From NCBI GenBank assembly GCA_944327845.1, contig CALVHN010000002.1:5326-69325 (forward strand): a DNA stretch of 64,000 nt. Reading direction: 5' to 3'. The DNA comes from an uncultured Bacilli bacterium (GTDB lineage: Bacteria; Bacillota_I; Bacilli_A; RFN20; CAG-826). Position numbers and translations under genes: made by a program. Of the stretch, positions 12,283-21,294 are shown one piece after another; the stretch's first letter is position 1; each line of letters starts with the position of its first letter. The notes under the pieces are model-generated. The model ran no database searches and had not been told where the DNA came from. It was given only the letters and a program-made list of their open reading frames with translations.

Positions 12283-12987
12283 ATGGAAGATAATCAAAGT
12301 GTAGAAGTTTTAAATAAAGATGAACTTAATTTAAATGATGTTAATAACAAAGAAAGTATAGAAGAAAAAGAAGGATTATTTTTTAAAAAATATACTTTAA
12401 GTGATATTGGTATTTTTATTTGCACAATCTTTTTAACTTTTTGCTACATCGGAACTTTTATATATGGTATCTTTCAAAAAATTGATCCTACTAATGTTGT
12501 TTCAGTTGCTCAAGCTCAGTTAATAATTAATAGTTCAATATTTGGAATTTTATGTGCTTGGGTACCTTATTTTTTAAAATATATTTTAAGAATTAAAATT
12601 GGTTTCTCAATTAATTTAGGTATTCAAATTATTGCAACTTCTGGTCTTATTTTAGGTGAAGTTTTTCAATTTTATTATTTAATTCCAGGTTGGGATTCGA
12701 TATTACATTTTTCAACTGGTGCAGGTTTTTGTTTTTTAGGTTATGCATTATTTATGCTTTTTGTTAATAAAAGTAATTTAAAACGTAAAGTTTTACTTGG
12801 TATTATGTTTGGAATTTTTTGTTCATTAGGAATAGCTTTACTTTGGGAAATTTACGAATTTACTTGCGACACCTTAGGTGGATTAAATATGCAAAAGGTA
12901 TTGCCTGAAGATGTTCCTTGGTTTAATGGTGGTGATACTTTTGCAGATATTGTTGCAAGTGATGAAGAGATCGCTGATTTTTATTGA
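12283..12987 (+). CDS. polytopic membrane protein; reading frame continues past an in-frame TGA to 13151
   Basis: GGAGG RBS. Several TM segments. The ORF stops at TGA (12985-12987) but the same frame continues with plausible protein, including another TM helix, to TAA at 13149-13151. Confidence 0.6.
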   Translation: MEDNQSVEVLNKDELNLNDVNNKESIEEKEGLFFKKYTLSDIGIFICTIFLTFCYIGTFIYGIFQKIDPTNVVSVAQAQLIINSSIFGILCAWVPYFLKYILRIKIGFSINLGIQIIATSGLILGEVFQFYYLIPGWDSILHFSTGAGFCFLGYALFMLFVNKSNLKRKVLLGIMFGIFCSLGIALLWEIYEFTCDTLGGLNMQKVLPEDVPWFNGGDTFADIVASDEEIADFY

Positions 12988-13297
12988 AGCCCAGAAGGTT
13001 ATAAATATGCTTTAAAAGATACGATGAGTGATATTTTATATTGTTTTGCTGGAACTGGTTCATTTGCTGTTATTGCTTCAATTATTTCTTATTTTAAACC
13101 TCATTCATTTGATAATTTAATTCAAATTGTTCCAAGTAGAAAAGTAAAATAATATTTTAAATTTATTTAAAAATAGCAAGATATTTTAAAAAAAACAAAA
13201 TAAATTAGTCGTTAAATTTAGTTAAAATTATTCTCTTTTAAAAATTGAAAGATAATAGCTTTTAAACTATAATTATTATGTTAGGCACGAACAAATA

Positions 13298-13654
13298 ATG
13301 AAACTTCAATTAAACGCAAAAGATATTCTAAATAAACAGTTTGAAAAGGATGTTAAAGGATACAATCCTGATGAAGTTGACTCTTTTTTAGATAAGGTTT
13401 TAACAGATTATCGTATGGTAGAAGGAGTTATGGAATCTTTAAAAGAGCAAATAGTTTCTTTAAAAAGAGAAAATGAATCTTTAAGGATTAAAATTAGAGA
13501 GAAAGATGATGAAATCTCGATGCAAAAATCAAAAAACATCCTTAAAAATGAATTTAAAAATGATTCTCTTGATAATTTAGAGCTTTTACAAAGATGTTCG
13601 CGCTATGAAAAGAAACTTTATCAACTTGGTGTTGATCCTAGTAAAATAAAGTAA
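13298..13654 (+). CDS. gpsB: DivIVA-domain protein GpsB
   Basis: N-terminal DivIVA motif (ILNKQFEKDVKGYNPDEVDSFLDKV) and a short coiled coil. 118 aa. Lies directly upstream of rnpB, as in Bacillus. Confidence 0.8.
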   Translation: MKLQLNAKDILNKQFEKDVKGYNPDEVDSFLDKVLTDYRMVEGVMESLKEQIVSLKRENESLRIKIREKDDEISMQKSKNILKNEFKNDSLDNLELLQRCSRYEKKLYQLGVDPSKIK

Positions 13655-13655
13655 C

Positions 13656-13996
13656 TTCAGCCTATGCAATCGCTGGTTATTTAAACTAGAGGAAAGTCCA
13701 TGCTCGCACATTCCTGTGATGGATGTAGTGATTATGCTAACTGAAAAAATAAAGTTAGGTACTTGGGAGCAAGTAACGGCCTGTTCAATCCTAAAACATA
13801 AGTCATGGAAAGAATGGATAAAGTGCCACAGAGACGAGCTTATACGAAAGTATAAGATGAAACGATGGTAAACCCCTTAAGCGAGAAATCCAAATTTTGG
13901 TAGGAGAAATTTCATTGGAGAAACGAATCTAAATGAAATAGCGTATGCTAGATAAATGATTGCATAAAACAGAACATGGCTTATGGGCTGAATACT
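13656..13996 (+). ncRNA. rnpB: RNase P RNA (Firmicutes type B)
   Basis: Universal GAGGAAAGTCC block (agaggaaagtccatgctcgcaca) and 3' ACAGAA-CATGGCTTA block. P1 pairing of 5' TTCAGCC with 3' GGCTGAA. About 340 nt and noncoding. Confidence 0.85.
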
Positions 13997-14016
13997 CAAA
14001 TTGAAAGAATTTACTT

Positions 14017-14697
14017 ATGGCTAAAGAAAAAATTAATTTACCAACAAAAATTACTATTGGACGCATTGCTCTTGCGACCTTACTTTTATTGTCCATTTTT
14101 ATCCTATATTTTCTTGATCAATTTAAAGTTTTAAATATTTCAGATTTTAATATAACTTTAAATTCTAAAGGAGCAACGATAAATATCATTAATATCGTTT
14201 TATTTGTTGTTTTTATTATTGCTTCTTTTACTGATTTCTTAGATGGATATATTGCAAGAAAATATAATCTTGTTACAGATTTAGGAAAATTTTTAGATCC
14301 AATTGCTGATAAGATGTTAGTTAATGGATTAACTATCTTTTTAGCGATTAATTTCATACGTTTAGATAATAATTTAGTTTTTCCATTTTTCTGTGTAATT
14401 TTAATGATTATTCGAGATTTAATTGTTGATGGATTAAGATTTATGGCTGCAAGAAAGAATGTTGTTATTGCTGCTAATATTTTTGGGAAAATGAAAACCG
14501 TTTTACAAATGGTTGCAATTAGTTTTGTATTATTAAATGGATGGCCATTTAGTTACTTTGATTATAATTGGATACAATATTTGCATGTAACAGATATCAT
14601 TTGTTATCTTGCAACTGTTGTAAGTGTACTAAGTGGTGTAATTTATTTAATTCAAAATAAAAATGTATTTTTGGAGGAAAAGAACAATGAAAAATAA
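14017..14697 (+). CDS. pgsA: CDP-diacylglycerol--glycerol-3-phosphate 3-phosphatidyltransferase
   Basis: CDP-alcohol phosphatidyltransferase motif DGYIARKYNLVTDLGKFLDPIADK. Multi-TM protein. Confidence 0.85.
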   Translation: MAKEKINLPTKITIGRIALATLLLLSIFILYFLDQFKVLNISDFNITLNSKGATINIINIVLFVVFIIASFTDFLDGYIARKYNLVTDLGKFLDPIADKMLVNGLTIFLAINFIRLDNNLVFPFFCVILMIIRDLIVDGLRFMAARKNVVIAANIFGKMKTVLQMVAISFVLLNGWPFSYFDYNWIQYLHVTDIICYLATVVSVLSGVIYLIQNKNVFLEEKNNEK

Positions 14698-15163
14698 TGC
14701 AAAAAAATTAGTTGAAATTCTTGAAAAAGAAGAACTTACCATTGGAAGTGTTGAATCTTTCACTGGAGGTTTATTTGGAAAAGAAATCACTGACGTTGAT
14801 GGGGCTAGTAATGTCTATAAAGGTGGTTTAATCGTTTATTCTAATGAATTAAAAGAAAAACTTTTAGGAATTAAAAAGGAACTCATCGAAGAAAATGGTG
14901 CAGTTTCTTGGCCTGTCGCTCAAGCTATGGCAATTAATGGTTTGGATGTTTTAGGAGTTGATATTTGCGTCTCTTTTACTGGAAACGCTGGACCATCAAC
15001 TTGTGATGATAAAGAAGAATTAGGTGTTTGCTATATGGGAATCGCTTTTAATGGTCAAATCTGGTCCATTCCTTTAAGATTAAGCGATTTAGATCGTGAA
15101 CAAATAAGAGAAGTTTGCACTGATGCAATCATTAATGCTGTTACTTCAATTTTAGCAAAATAA
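14687..15163 (+). CDS. cinA: CinA C-terminal domain protein (PncC-type NMN deamidase)
   Basis: LTIGSVESFTGGL motif of the CinA C-terminal domain. Start at 14687 chosen because a GGAGG RBS precedes it. Sits upstream of recA as in Firmicutes. Confidence 0.8.
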   Translation: MKNNAKKLVEILEKEELTIGSVESFTGGLFGKEITDVDGASNVYKGGLIVYSNELKEKLLGIKKELIEENGAVSWPVAQAMAINGLDVLGVDICVSFTGNAGPSTCDDKEELGVCYMGIAFNGQIWSIPLRLSDLDREQIREVCTDAIINAVTSILAK

Positions 15164-15228
15164 AAATTTTTAAAATTTTTGGTAATTTTTTGCAATTCTT
15201 GTCATCTTGTTAGTATGAGGAGATTATT

Positions 15229-16266
15229 ATGGCAAAAGAAAAAAATAGCGAAGAAGATATTTTAAAGTCTGTCATTCAACAAGTTGAACACGAATTTGGG
15301 AAAGGATCTTTAATGCGTTTAGGCGATAGGCCTTCAGCTGATAATGGTGCAATTTCATCGGGTTCGATATTGTTAGATGAAGCACTTGGAATTGGTGGCT
15401 ATCCTAGAGGTAGAATAATTGAAATTTATGGACCTGAAAGTAGTGGCAAAACTACTTTAGCTCTTTCAGCAGTTGCTGAATGTCAAAAGAAAGGTGAAAA
15501 AGTTGCTTTTATTGATGCTGAAAATTCAATAGATCCTGAATATGCAAAAAATTTAGGAGTTAATATTGATGATTTGATATTATCTCAACCAGATAGTGGT
15601 GAAGAAGCATTAGAAATTGTCGAAATGCTTGCAAAAAGCGGAGTTTTTGGATTAGTTGTCATTGATAGCGTCGCTGCACTTGTCCCACAAGCAGAACTTG
15701 ATGGAATGATGCAAGATAATTCTGTTGGTTTACAAGCTAGATTAATGTCAAAAGCATTAAGAAAAATTACAGCTATTCTTAATAAAAATGCTTGTACAGT
15801 TATCTTTATTAATCAATTAAGAGAAAAAGTTGGAGTTGTTTATGGAAATAATGAAACAACTACTGGCGGAAGAGCTTTAAAATTCTATTCTAGTGTACGT
15901 ATCGATATACGAAGAACAGAAGCAATTAAAGATGGATTAAATATTGTTGGAAATGTAGTTTCAGTAAAAGTAGTTAAAAATAAAGTTGCTCCACCATTTA
16001 AAACCGTAAAATTAGATATTATCTATGGAAAAGGTATATCAAAAGAAGGAGAACTTCTTGATTTAGCTATTGAAAAAGGAATTGCTAAAAAGTCTGGTTC
16101 TTGGTATGAAATTTATGGTGAAAGAATTGGGCAAGGCAGAGAAACAGCTAAAGAATTTTTAAGAGAACATCCTGAAATATTTGAAGCGGCAAAAGAACAA
16201 ATTAAAACTGGAAAGATTCCTGATTTTGTAAAACAAGAAGAACCTACCATTGACACTAATATATAG
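15229..16266 (+). CDS. recA: recombinase A
   Basis: Walker [10 protein letters not shown] plus the canonical RecA core ([21 protein letters not shown]). Confidence 0.97.
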   Translation: MAKEKNSEEDILKSVIQQVEHEFGKGSLMRLGDRPSADNGAISSGSILLDEALGIGGYPRGRIIEIYGPESSGKTTLALSAVAECQKKGEKVAFIDAENSIDPEYAKNLGVNIDDLILSQPDSGEEALEIVEMLAKSGVFGLVVIDSVAALVPQAELDGMMQDNSVGLQARLMSKALRKITAILNKNACTVIFINQLREKVGVVYGNNETTTGGRALKFYSSVRIDIRRTEAIKDGLNIVGNVVSVKVVKNKVAPPFKTVKLDIIYGKGISKEGELLDLAIEKGIAKKSGSWYEIYGERIGQGRETAKEFLREHPEIFEAAKEQIKTGKIPDFVKQEEPTIDTNI

Positions 16267-16427
16267 AAAAAAAGTCTGCTTTTGATTATAATTGTTATTA
16301 GGTATCAAAAAGATACTTGTTTGTTTTTGAATTATTGCTAGAAATTACATTTAATTCTTTATATATATTTCATAAATTTTAATAAGCACTCTTTTGTACC
16401 TTTACTATAGTTAAAAGGAGAATAAAA

Positions 16428-17987
16428 ATGGAATGGTATTCAATACTATTAATTGTTATTGCTCTTGTTCTTGGAATTTTTGTTGGATTTTTAATTTGGA
16501 AGTTAATTCCTAAAATTCAAGGAAAAAAAGCTGAAGATAAAGCTGATAAAATTATTAGTGATGCAAAAATAAAAGCTGAACATATAACAAAAAATGCAGA
16601 ACTTGATGCAAAACAATATACTGATGAAGTAAAAAAACAAACTGATAAGGAAATCAAGGAAAGAAAACAAGAAGTCGTCGCATTAGAAAATAAGCTATTA
16701 GCTCGTGAACAAAACATCGATGCTAGAGATACTCAACTTTTAAGAAAAGAACAATCTTTAGAAGACAAAGAAAAAAATGTTGAAAAACTTACTGAAGAAG
16801 CAAAGAAAAAGAACGAATTCTTGCAAGAAAAAGTAAACGCTTTACTTGAAGAACTTGAAAAAGTCGCAAATATGAGCGAAAAAGAAGCTCGTGAAGAAAT
16901 ATTTAAAAATGTTAGAGAAAAAGAAGCTTTAAATATAGCCAAATATTTAAAAGATGAAGAAGAAAAAGCAGAAGCTATTGCTGATGAAAAAAGCAAAGAT
17001 ATTCTTGCTATGGCTATGGCTAGACACGCTCAAGAAACTACTACCGAAAGAACAATTAATGTTATTGCCCTTCCTAACGATGAAATGAAGGGTAGAATTA
17101 TTGGACGAGAAGGAAGAAATATTAAAACATTAGAACAATTCTTAGGGGTTGATATTTTAATTGATGATACCCCTGAAGCAATTACAATTTCTTGTTTTAA
17201 TCCAATAAGAAGAGAAATTGCTTCAAGAGCTTTAAATATTTTAATTAAAGACGGTCGTATTCAACCTGGAAGAATTGAAGAGGTTGTTGAAAGATGTAAA
17301 AAAGATGTTGATCAAGTTATTAAAAAAGCTGGAGAAGATGCAATATTTAAACTTGGATTAACAAATGTTTCAAAAGAACTTGTTCCATTTATTGGAAGAT
17401 TAAAATTTAGAACTAGTTATGGACAAAATCAACTTGAACATTCTATAGAAACAGCTAATTTATGTGGTTCAATGGCTGCAGAACTTGGGCTTGACCAAGT
17501 TTTAGCAAAACGAGCCGGTTTATTACATGATATTGGAAAAGGTGTTGATTTTGAAGTTGAAGGAAGCCACGTTGAATTAGGTGCTAGAATAGCAAAAAAA
17601 TGCGGTGAAAAAGACATTATTGTTAATGCTATTGAATCTCATCACGGCGATGTTCCTCCAAAGAGTGTTATTGCTTATTTAGTTCAAGCCGCCGATACTT
17701 TATCTGCTGCGAGACCAGGAGCTAGAAGCGAAACTTTAGAAACCTATATTAAAAGAATTGAACAACTTGAAACTATTTGTAAATCATATGATGGAGTTCA
17801 AAGTTCTTATGCAATGCAATCAGGAAGAGAAGTTCGTGTTATTGTAATTCCTGAAAAAATTGACGATCTTAAAGCATTTAAGTTGGCTAAGGATATTAAA
17901 GATAGAATTGAAAATGAAATGAAATATCCTGGACAAATTAAAGTTAATGTTATCCGTGAATATCGTGCAGTAGAAACTGCTAAGTAG
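16428..17987 (+). CDS. rny: ribonuclease Y
   Basis: N-terminal TM helix, a coiled coil, a KH domain (GRIIGREGRNIKT) and an HD domain (LLHDIGK). Confidence 0.93.
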   Translation: MEWYSILLIVIALVLGIFVGFLIWKLIPKIQGKKAEDKADKIISDAKIKAEHITKNAELDAKQYTDEVKKQTDKEIKERKQEVVALENKLLAREQNIDARDTQLLRKEQSLEDKEKNVEKLTEEAKKKNEFLQEKVNALLEELEKVANMSEKEAREEIFKNVREKEALNIAKYLKDEEEKAEAIADEKSKDILAMAMARHAQETTTERTINVIALPNDEMKGRIIGREGRNIKTLEQFLGVDILIDDTPEAITISCFNPIRREIASRALNILIKDGRIQPGRIEEVVERCKKDVDQVIKKAGEDAIFKLGLTNVSKELVPFIGRLKFRTSYGQNQLEHSIETANLCGSMAAELGLDQVLAKRAGLLHDIGKGVDFEVEGSHVELGARIAKKCGEKDIIVNAIESHHGDVPPKSVIAYLVQAADTLSAARPGARSETLETYIKRIEQLETICKSYDGVQSSYAMQSGREVRVIVIPEKIDDLKAFKLAKDIKDRIENEMKYPGQIKVNVIREYRAVETAK

Positions 17988-18007
17988 TTTAAAGGGTATT
18001 TTATTAG

Positions 18008-19450
18008 ATGAGAAAATTAAATATTATTGAATACCCAAACATTGATAAAGGGAGAATAAGATTAAAATCATTTTGCACCTATAATTATTCATATGTTCCT
18101 AGTGATGATTTACTTTTAAAATTAAAAAATAAAAAATATTTTATTAAAACTCATGGTTGCCAAGCAAACATTCGAGATGAAGAAACTCTTTCCGGCCTTC
18201 TAAATAGCTTAAATATGGAAAGAGTGGAAACTAAAGAAGAAGCAGATATTGCAATAATTAATACGTGTGCTGTAAGAGAAAACGCTGAAGATAAAGTTCT
18301 TGGTGAAATTGGAGAGTTTAAAAACTTAAAAGCAAAGAAGAAGGATCTTATTTTATGTATTTGTGGGTGTATGGTTGGTCAACCACATATAGTAAATAAA
18401 TTAACAGACACATACGAGCATGTTGATATTATTTTTGGTACACATAATATTCAGGATTTTGTTCGTTTATTAGATATTTATATTAAAAATCCAGGCACAA
18501 GACTTGTAGATGTATCTTCAAAAAGTGGTGATATCTATGAAGATATGCCTTCACTTAGAGTTAATAAATTTAAAGCTTTCGTTAATATTTCTTATGGATG
18601 TGATAAATTTTGTACCTATTGCATTGTTCCTTATACTCGCGGGAAAGAAAGAAGTAGAGATATTAAGGATATTTTAAAAGAATGTTCCGAACTTGTTAAA
18701 CAAGGATACCAAGAAATTACTTTACTAGGCCAAAATGTTGATAGTTATGGTAAAGATTTAAATTCTAATGTTGATTTTGCTTACTTATTAGAGGAAGTTG
18801 CTAAACTTGGAATTCCAAGATTAAGATTTTTAACATCTTATCCTAGTGATTTTAAAGATAATGTAATTGATGTTATGGCTAAATACCCTAATATCATGAA
18901 ATATTTACATTTACCAGTTCAATCAGGTAGTGATTCAATTCTTAAAAAAATGGGAAGACGATATACTAAAGAACAATACTTAGATTTAGTTAAAAAGATT
19001 AAAGAAAAAATTCCCGAAATTGCAATTTCAACTGATATTATCGTTGGTTTTCCTAACGAAACATATGAAGAATTTTTGGAGACTGTAGATTTAGTTAAAC
19101 AAGTTGGATATGCTTCAGCTTTTACTTTTATTTATTCTCCTCGAAAAGGAACACCAGCCGCAAGATTAAAAGATGATGTATCATATGAAACAAAAGTAAA
19201 ACGTTTTAAAGAATTAGTTGAAGTTTTAGAAGTTGATGTGAATAAATATGCTAATTCTCTTATTGATAAAGTGATACCTGTATTAGTTGAAGGTCCTTCA
19301 AAAAAAGATCCTAATATTTTAACAGGTGTAAGTGAAGCAAATAAAATTATTCATTTTGTTGGGGATAAATCTTTAATAGGAAAGATTGTTAATGTAAAAA
19401 TAACAAAAAATCATGTTTATTCTCTTGTTGGAGAAATGATTAATGAATAA
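18008..19450 (+). CDS. miaB: tRNA methylthiotransferase (MiaB/YmcB family radical-SAM enzyme)
   Basis: MTTase N-terminal domain (IKTHGCQAN), radical-SAM CxxxCxxC (GCDKFCTYC) and a C-terminal TRAM domain. Confidence 0.85.
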   Translation: MRKLNIIEYPNIDKGRIRLKSFCTYNYSYVPSDDLLLKLKNKKYFIKTHGCQANIRDEETLSGLLNSLNMERVETKEEADIAIINTCAVRENAEDKVLGEIGEFKNLKAKKKDLILCICGCMVGQPHIVNKLTDTYEHVDIIFGTHNIQDFVRLLDIYIKNPGTRLVDVSSKSGDIYEDMPSLRVNKFKAFVNISYGCDKFCTYCIVPYTRGKERSRDIKDILKECSELVKQGYQEITLLGQNVDSYGKDLNSNVDFAYLLEEVAKLGIPRLRFLTSYPSDFKDNVIDVMAKYPNIMKYLHLPVQSGSDSILKKMGRRYTKEQYLDLVKKIKEKIPEIAISTDIIVGFPNETYEEFLETVDLVKQVGYASAFTFIYSPRKGTPAARLKDDVSYETKVKRFKELVEVLEVDVNKYANSLIDKVIPVLVEGPSKKDPNILTGVSEANKIIHFVGDKSLIGKIVNVKITKNHVYSLVGEMINE

Positions 19451-19736
19451 TGAAATTCTTGAAATAGTTAAATCTTTAAAAAGTGATATTTTAAGCCTTG
19501 AATTATTTAATGAATATGTTTCTCTTAAAAAAGCAGTAAATAATTTTAAAACCTTGCAAAAATCAATTAAAAATTTAAAATATTTAAAAAAATGTGATTG
19601 CACAGACTTTGAAAAAGAGGAATACAATCAAGTTAAAAATAAAATTGAAAGCGATCCACTTATACATAATTTCATGATTGTTCAAGATGAAATAAACGAT
19701 TTATTTAAAGAAATAAGAGATATATTAAGTATATGA
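19443..19736 (+). CDS. small helical protein, possible YmcA/YlbF (RicA) family
   Basis: 97-aa ORF overlapping both neighbours. The position downstream of miaB mirrors Bacillus ymcB-ymcA. No strong motif, so the assignment is tentative. Confidence 0.4.
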   Translation: MNNEILEIVKSLKSDILSLELFNEYVSLKKAVNNFKTLQKSIKNLKYLKKCDCTDFEKEEYNQVKNKIESDPLIHNFMIVQDEINDLFKEIRDILSI

Positions 19737-20608
19737 TTTATGCTATTTTAGGTCCGACAGCTTCACAAAAATCAGATTTAGCAGAAAAAATTTCTTCAAA
19801 ATATAATTTTCCAATTATAAATTTTGATGTTTTCCAAATGTACAAGGAATTAAACATTGGAACTGCCAAACCTTCTAATGAATTATTAAACTCTGGACGT
19901 TATTTTTTATATAACAATATTTCTTTAAAAGATCCTTATGATGTTGCCTATTTTCAAGAAGATGGGAGAAATTTATTAAAAAAATTTAATAATGATAATG
20001 TAATTCTTGTTGGTGGGAATGGGTTGTATTTAAAAGCTTTACTTTTTGACTATAAATTTAAAGATGAAAAACCGATGCCTAATAATTTTATGGAAGAATG
20101 TTCAAATGAAGAACTTTATAAAACGCTTTTAAAAATTGATCATGAAGATGCATTAAAAATAGGTTCTAATAATCGAAAAAGGTTATTACGTGCTTTATAT
20201 ATTTATGAAACACATAATAAAAATAAAACTGAATTGAACGAAGGTGGAAAAGATAATTTATTGTATCCAAATACAATTTTTGTTGGAATTGATTTAGATA
20301 GAAATATTTTATATGAAAGAATAAATAAGCGAGTTGACTTGATGTTTCAAAATGGATTAAAAGAAGAAGTTAAAGAGATTATTAGAAATTATGGATCAGA
20401 TTCTAGAGCTTTCCAGGCAATTGGTTATAAAGAATTTTTATCTAATTTAGATGATAATGAAACTAAGGATTTAATTAAGAAAAATACAAGAAACTATGCA
20501 AAAAGACAAATGACTTTTTTTAAACACCAATACAAGAACATAAATTGGTTTAAAAATATTGATTTAGCAGAAAAATTTTTAGTAAAGGAAATTTCAAATA
20601 ATGGATGA
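19733..20608 (+). CDS. miaA: tRNA dimethylallyltransferase
   Basis: N-terminal P-loop-like ILGPTASQKSDLA and IPT-family fold length. Overlaps neighbours by 4 and 8 nt. Confidence 0.85.
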   Translation: MIYAILGPTASQKSDLAEKISSKYNFPIINFDVFQMYKELNIGTAKPSNELLNSGRYFLYNNISLKDPYDVAYFQEDGRNLLKKFNNDNVILVGGNGLYLKALLFDYKFKDEKPMPNNFMEECSNEELYKTLLKIDHEDALKIGSNNRKRLLRALYIYETHNKNKTELNEGGKDNLLYPNTIFVGIDLDRNILYERINKRVDLMFQNGLKEEVKEIIRNYGSDSRAFQAIGYKEFLSNLDDNETKDLIKKNTRNYAKRQMTFFKHQYKNINWFKNIDLAEKFLVKEISNNG

Positions 20609-21290
20609 TTTTGATTCACGCTCTAAATTAATACTTAGGGAAGATTTTAATAAATTACAAAATTTTAAGATTTGCGTAATTGGATTAGGCGGTGTTGGTT
20701 CGATTGTTCCAATTTCTTTAGCAAGAAGTGGTTTTAAAAATTTCTTATTAATCGATAAGGATAAAGTTGATATCTCTAATTTAAATAGACAAATAGCTTA
20801 TTCAAAAGAAGATTTAAATAGATATAAAACATCAGCATTAAAAGATCATCTTTTAAAATTGCGAGAAGATTTATCTATTAACACAAAAGAAGTAGAAATA
20901 AATTTAGATACTAATTTAGAATTTTTAGATTCCTATGATTATGTAATAGATTGCATTGATTCTATTAATGGAAAAAAAGCGATTATTAAATATTGTTTAA
21001 ATAAAAATATTAACGTTATCTCATCATTAGGAATGGGTAATAGATTAGATCCAAGTAAAGTCGAAGTTACAAAATTAAATAAAACAACTTCTGATCCTTT
21101 AGCACGAAAATTGAGATACGAATTAAAAAAAGATAATGTTGATATTTCAAAAGTTGTTGTTTCTTTTTCAAGCGAAAAACCTATAATAAATAATAAAGTT
21201 ATTGGATCAATGATATTTGTGCCAAATGCTTCTGGCTTACTAATATCAAGTTATGTTTTAAGACAATTGCTAGCTTATAAGGGGGATTAA
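20601..21290 (+). CDS. tcdA: tRNA threonylcarbamoyladenosine dehydratase (ThiF/E1-like, TcdA/CsdL)
   Basis: ICVIGLGGVGS Rossmann motif. YVIDCIDS and DPLARKLRYELKK match E. coli TcdA blocks YVIDAIDS and DPLAAKLRERLK. Confidence 0.75.
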   Translation: MDDFDSRSKLILREDFNKLQNFKICVIGLGGVGSIVPISLARSGFKNFLLIDKDKVDISNLNRQIAYSKEDLNRYKTSALKDHLLKLREDLSINTKEVEINLDTNLEFLDSYDYVIDCIDSINGKKAIIKYCLNKNINVISSLGMGNRLDPSKVEVTKLNKTTSDPLARKLRYELKKDNVDISKVVVSFSSEKPIINNKVIGSMIFVPNASGLLISSYVLRQLLAYKGD

Positions 21291-21294
21291 AATA

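Noticed and set aside
16267-16330. Possible terminator hairpin after recA (GGTATCAAAAAGATAC).
   Set aside because: The stem is only 5 bp with A/T-rich flanks. That is too weak to call.
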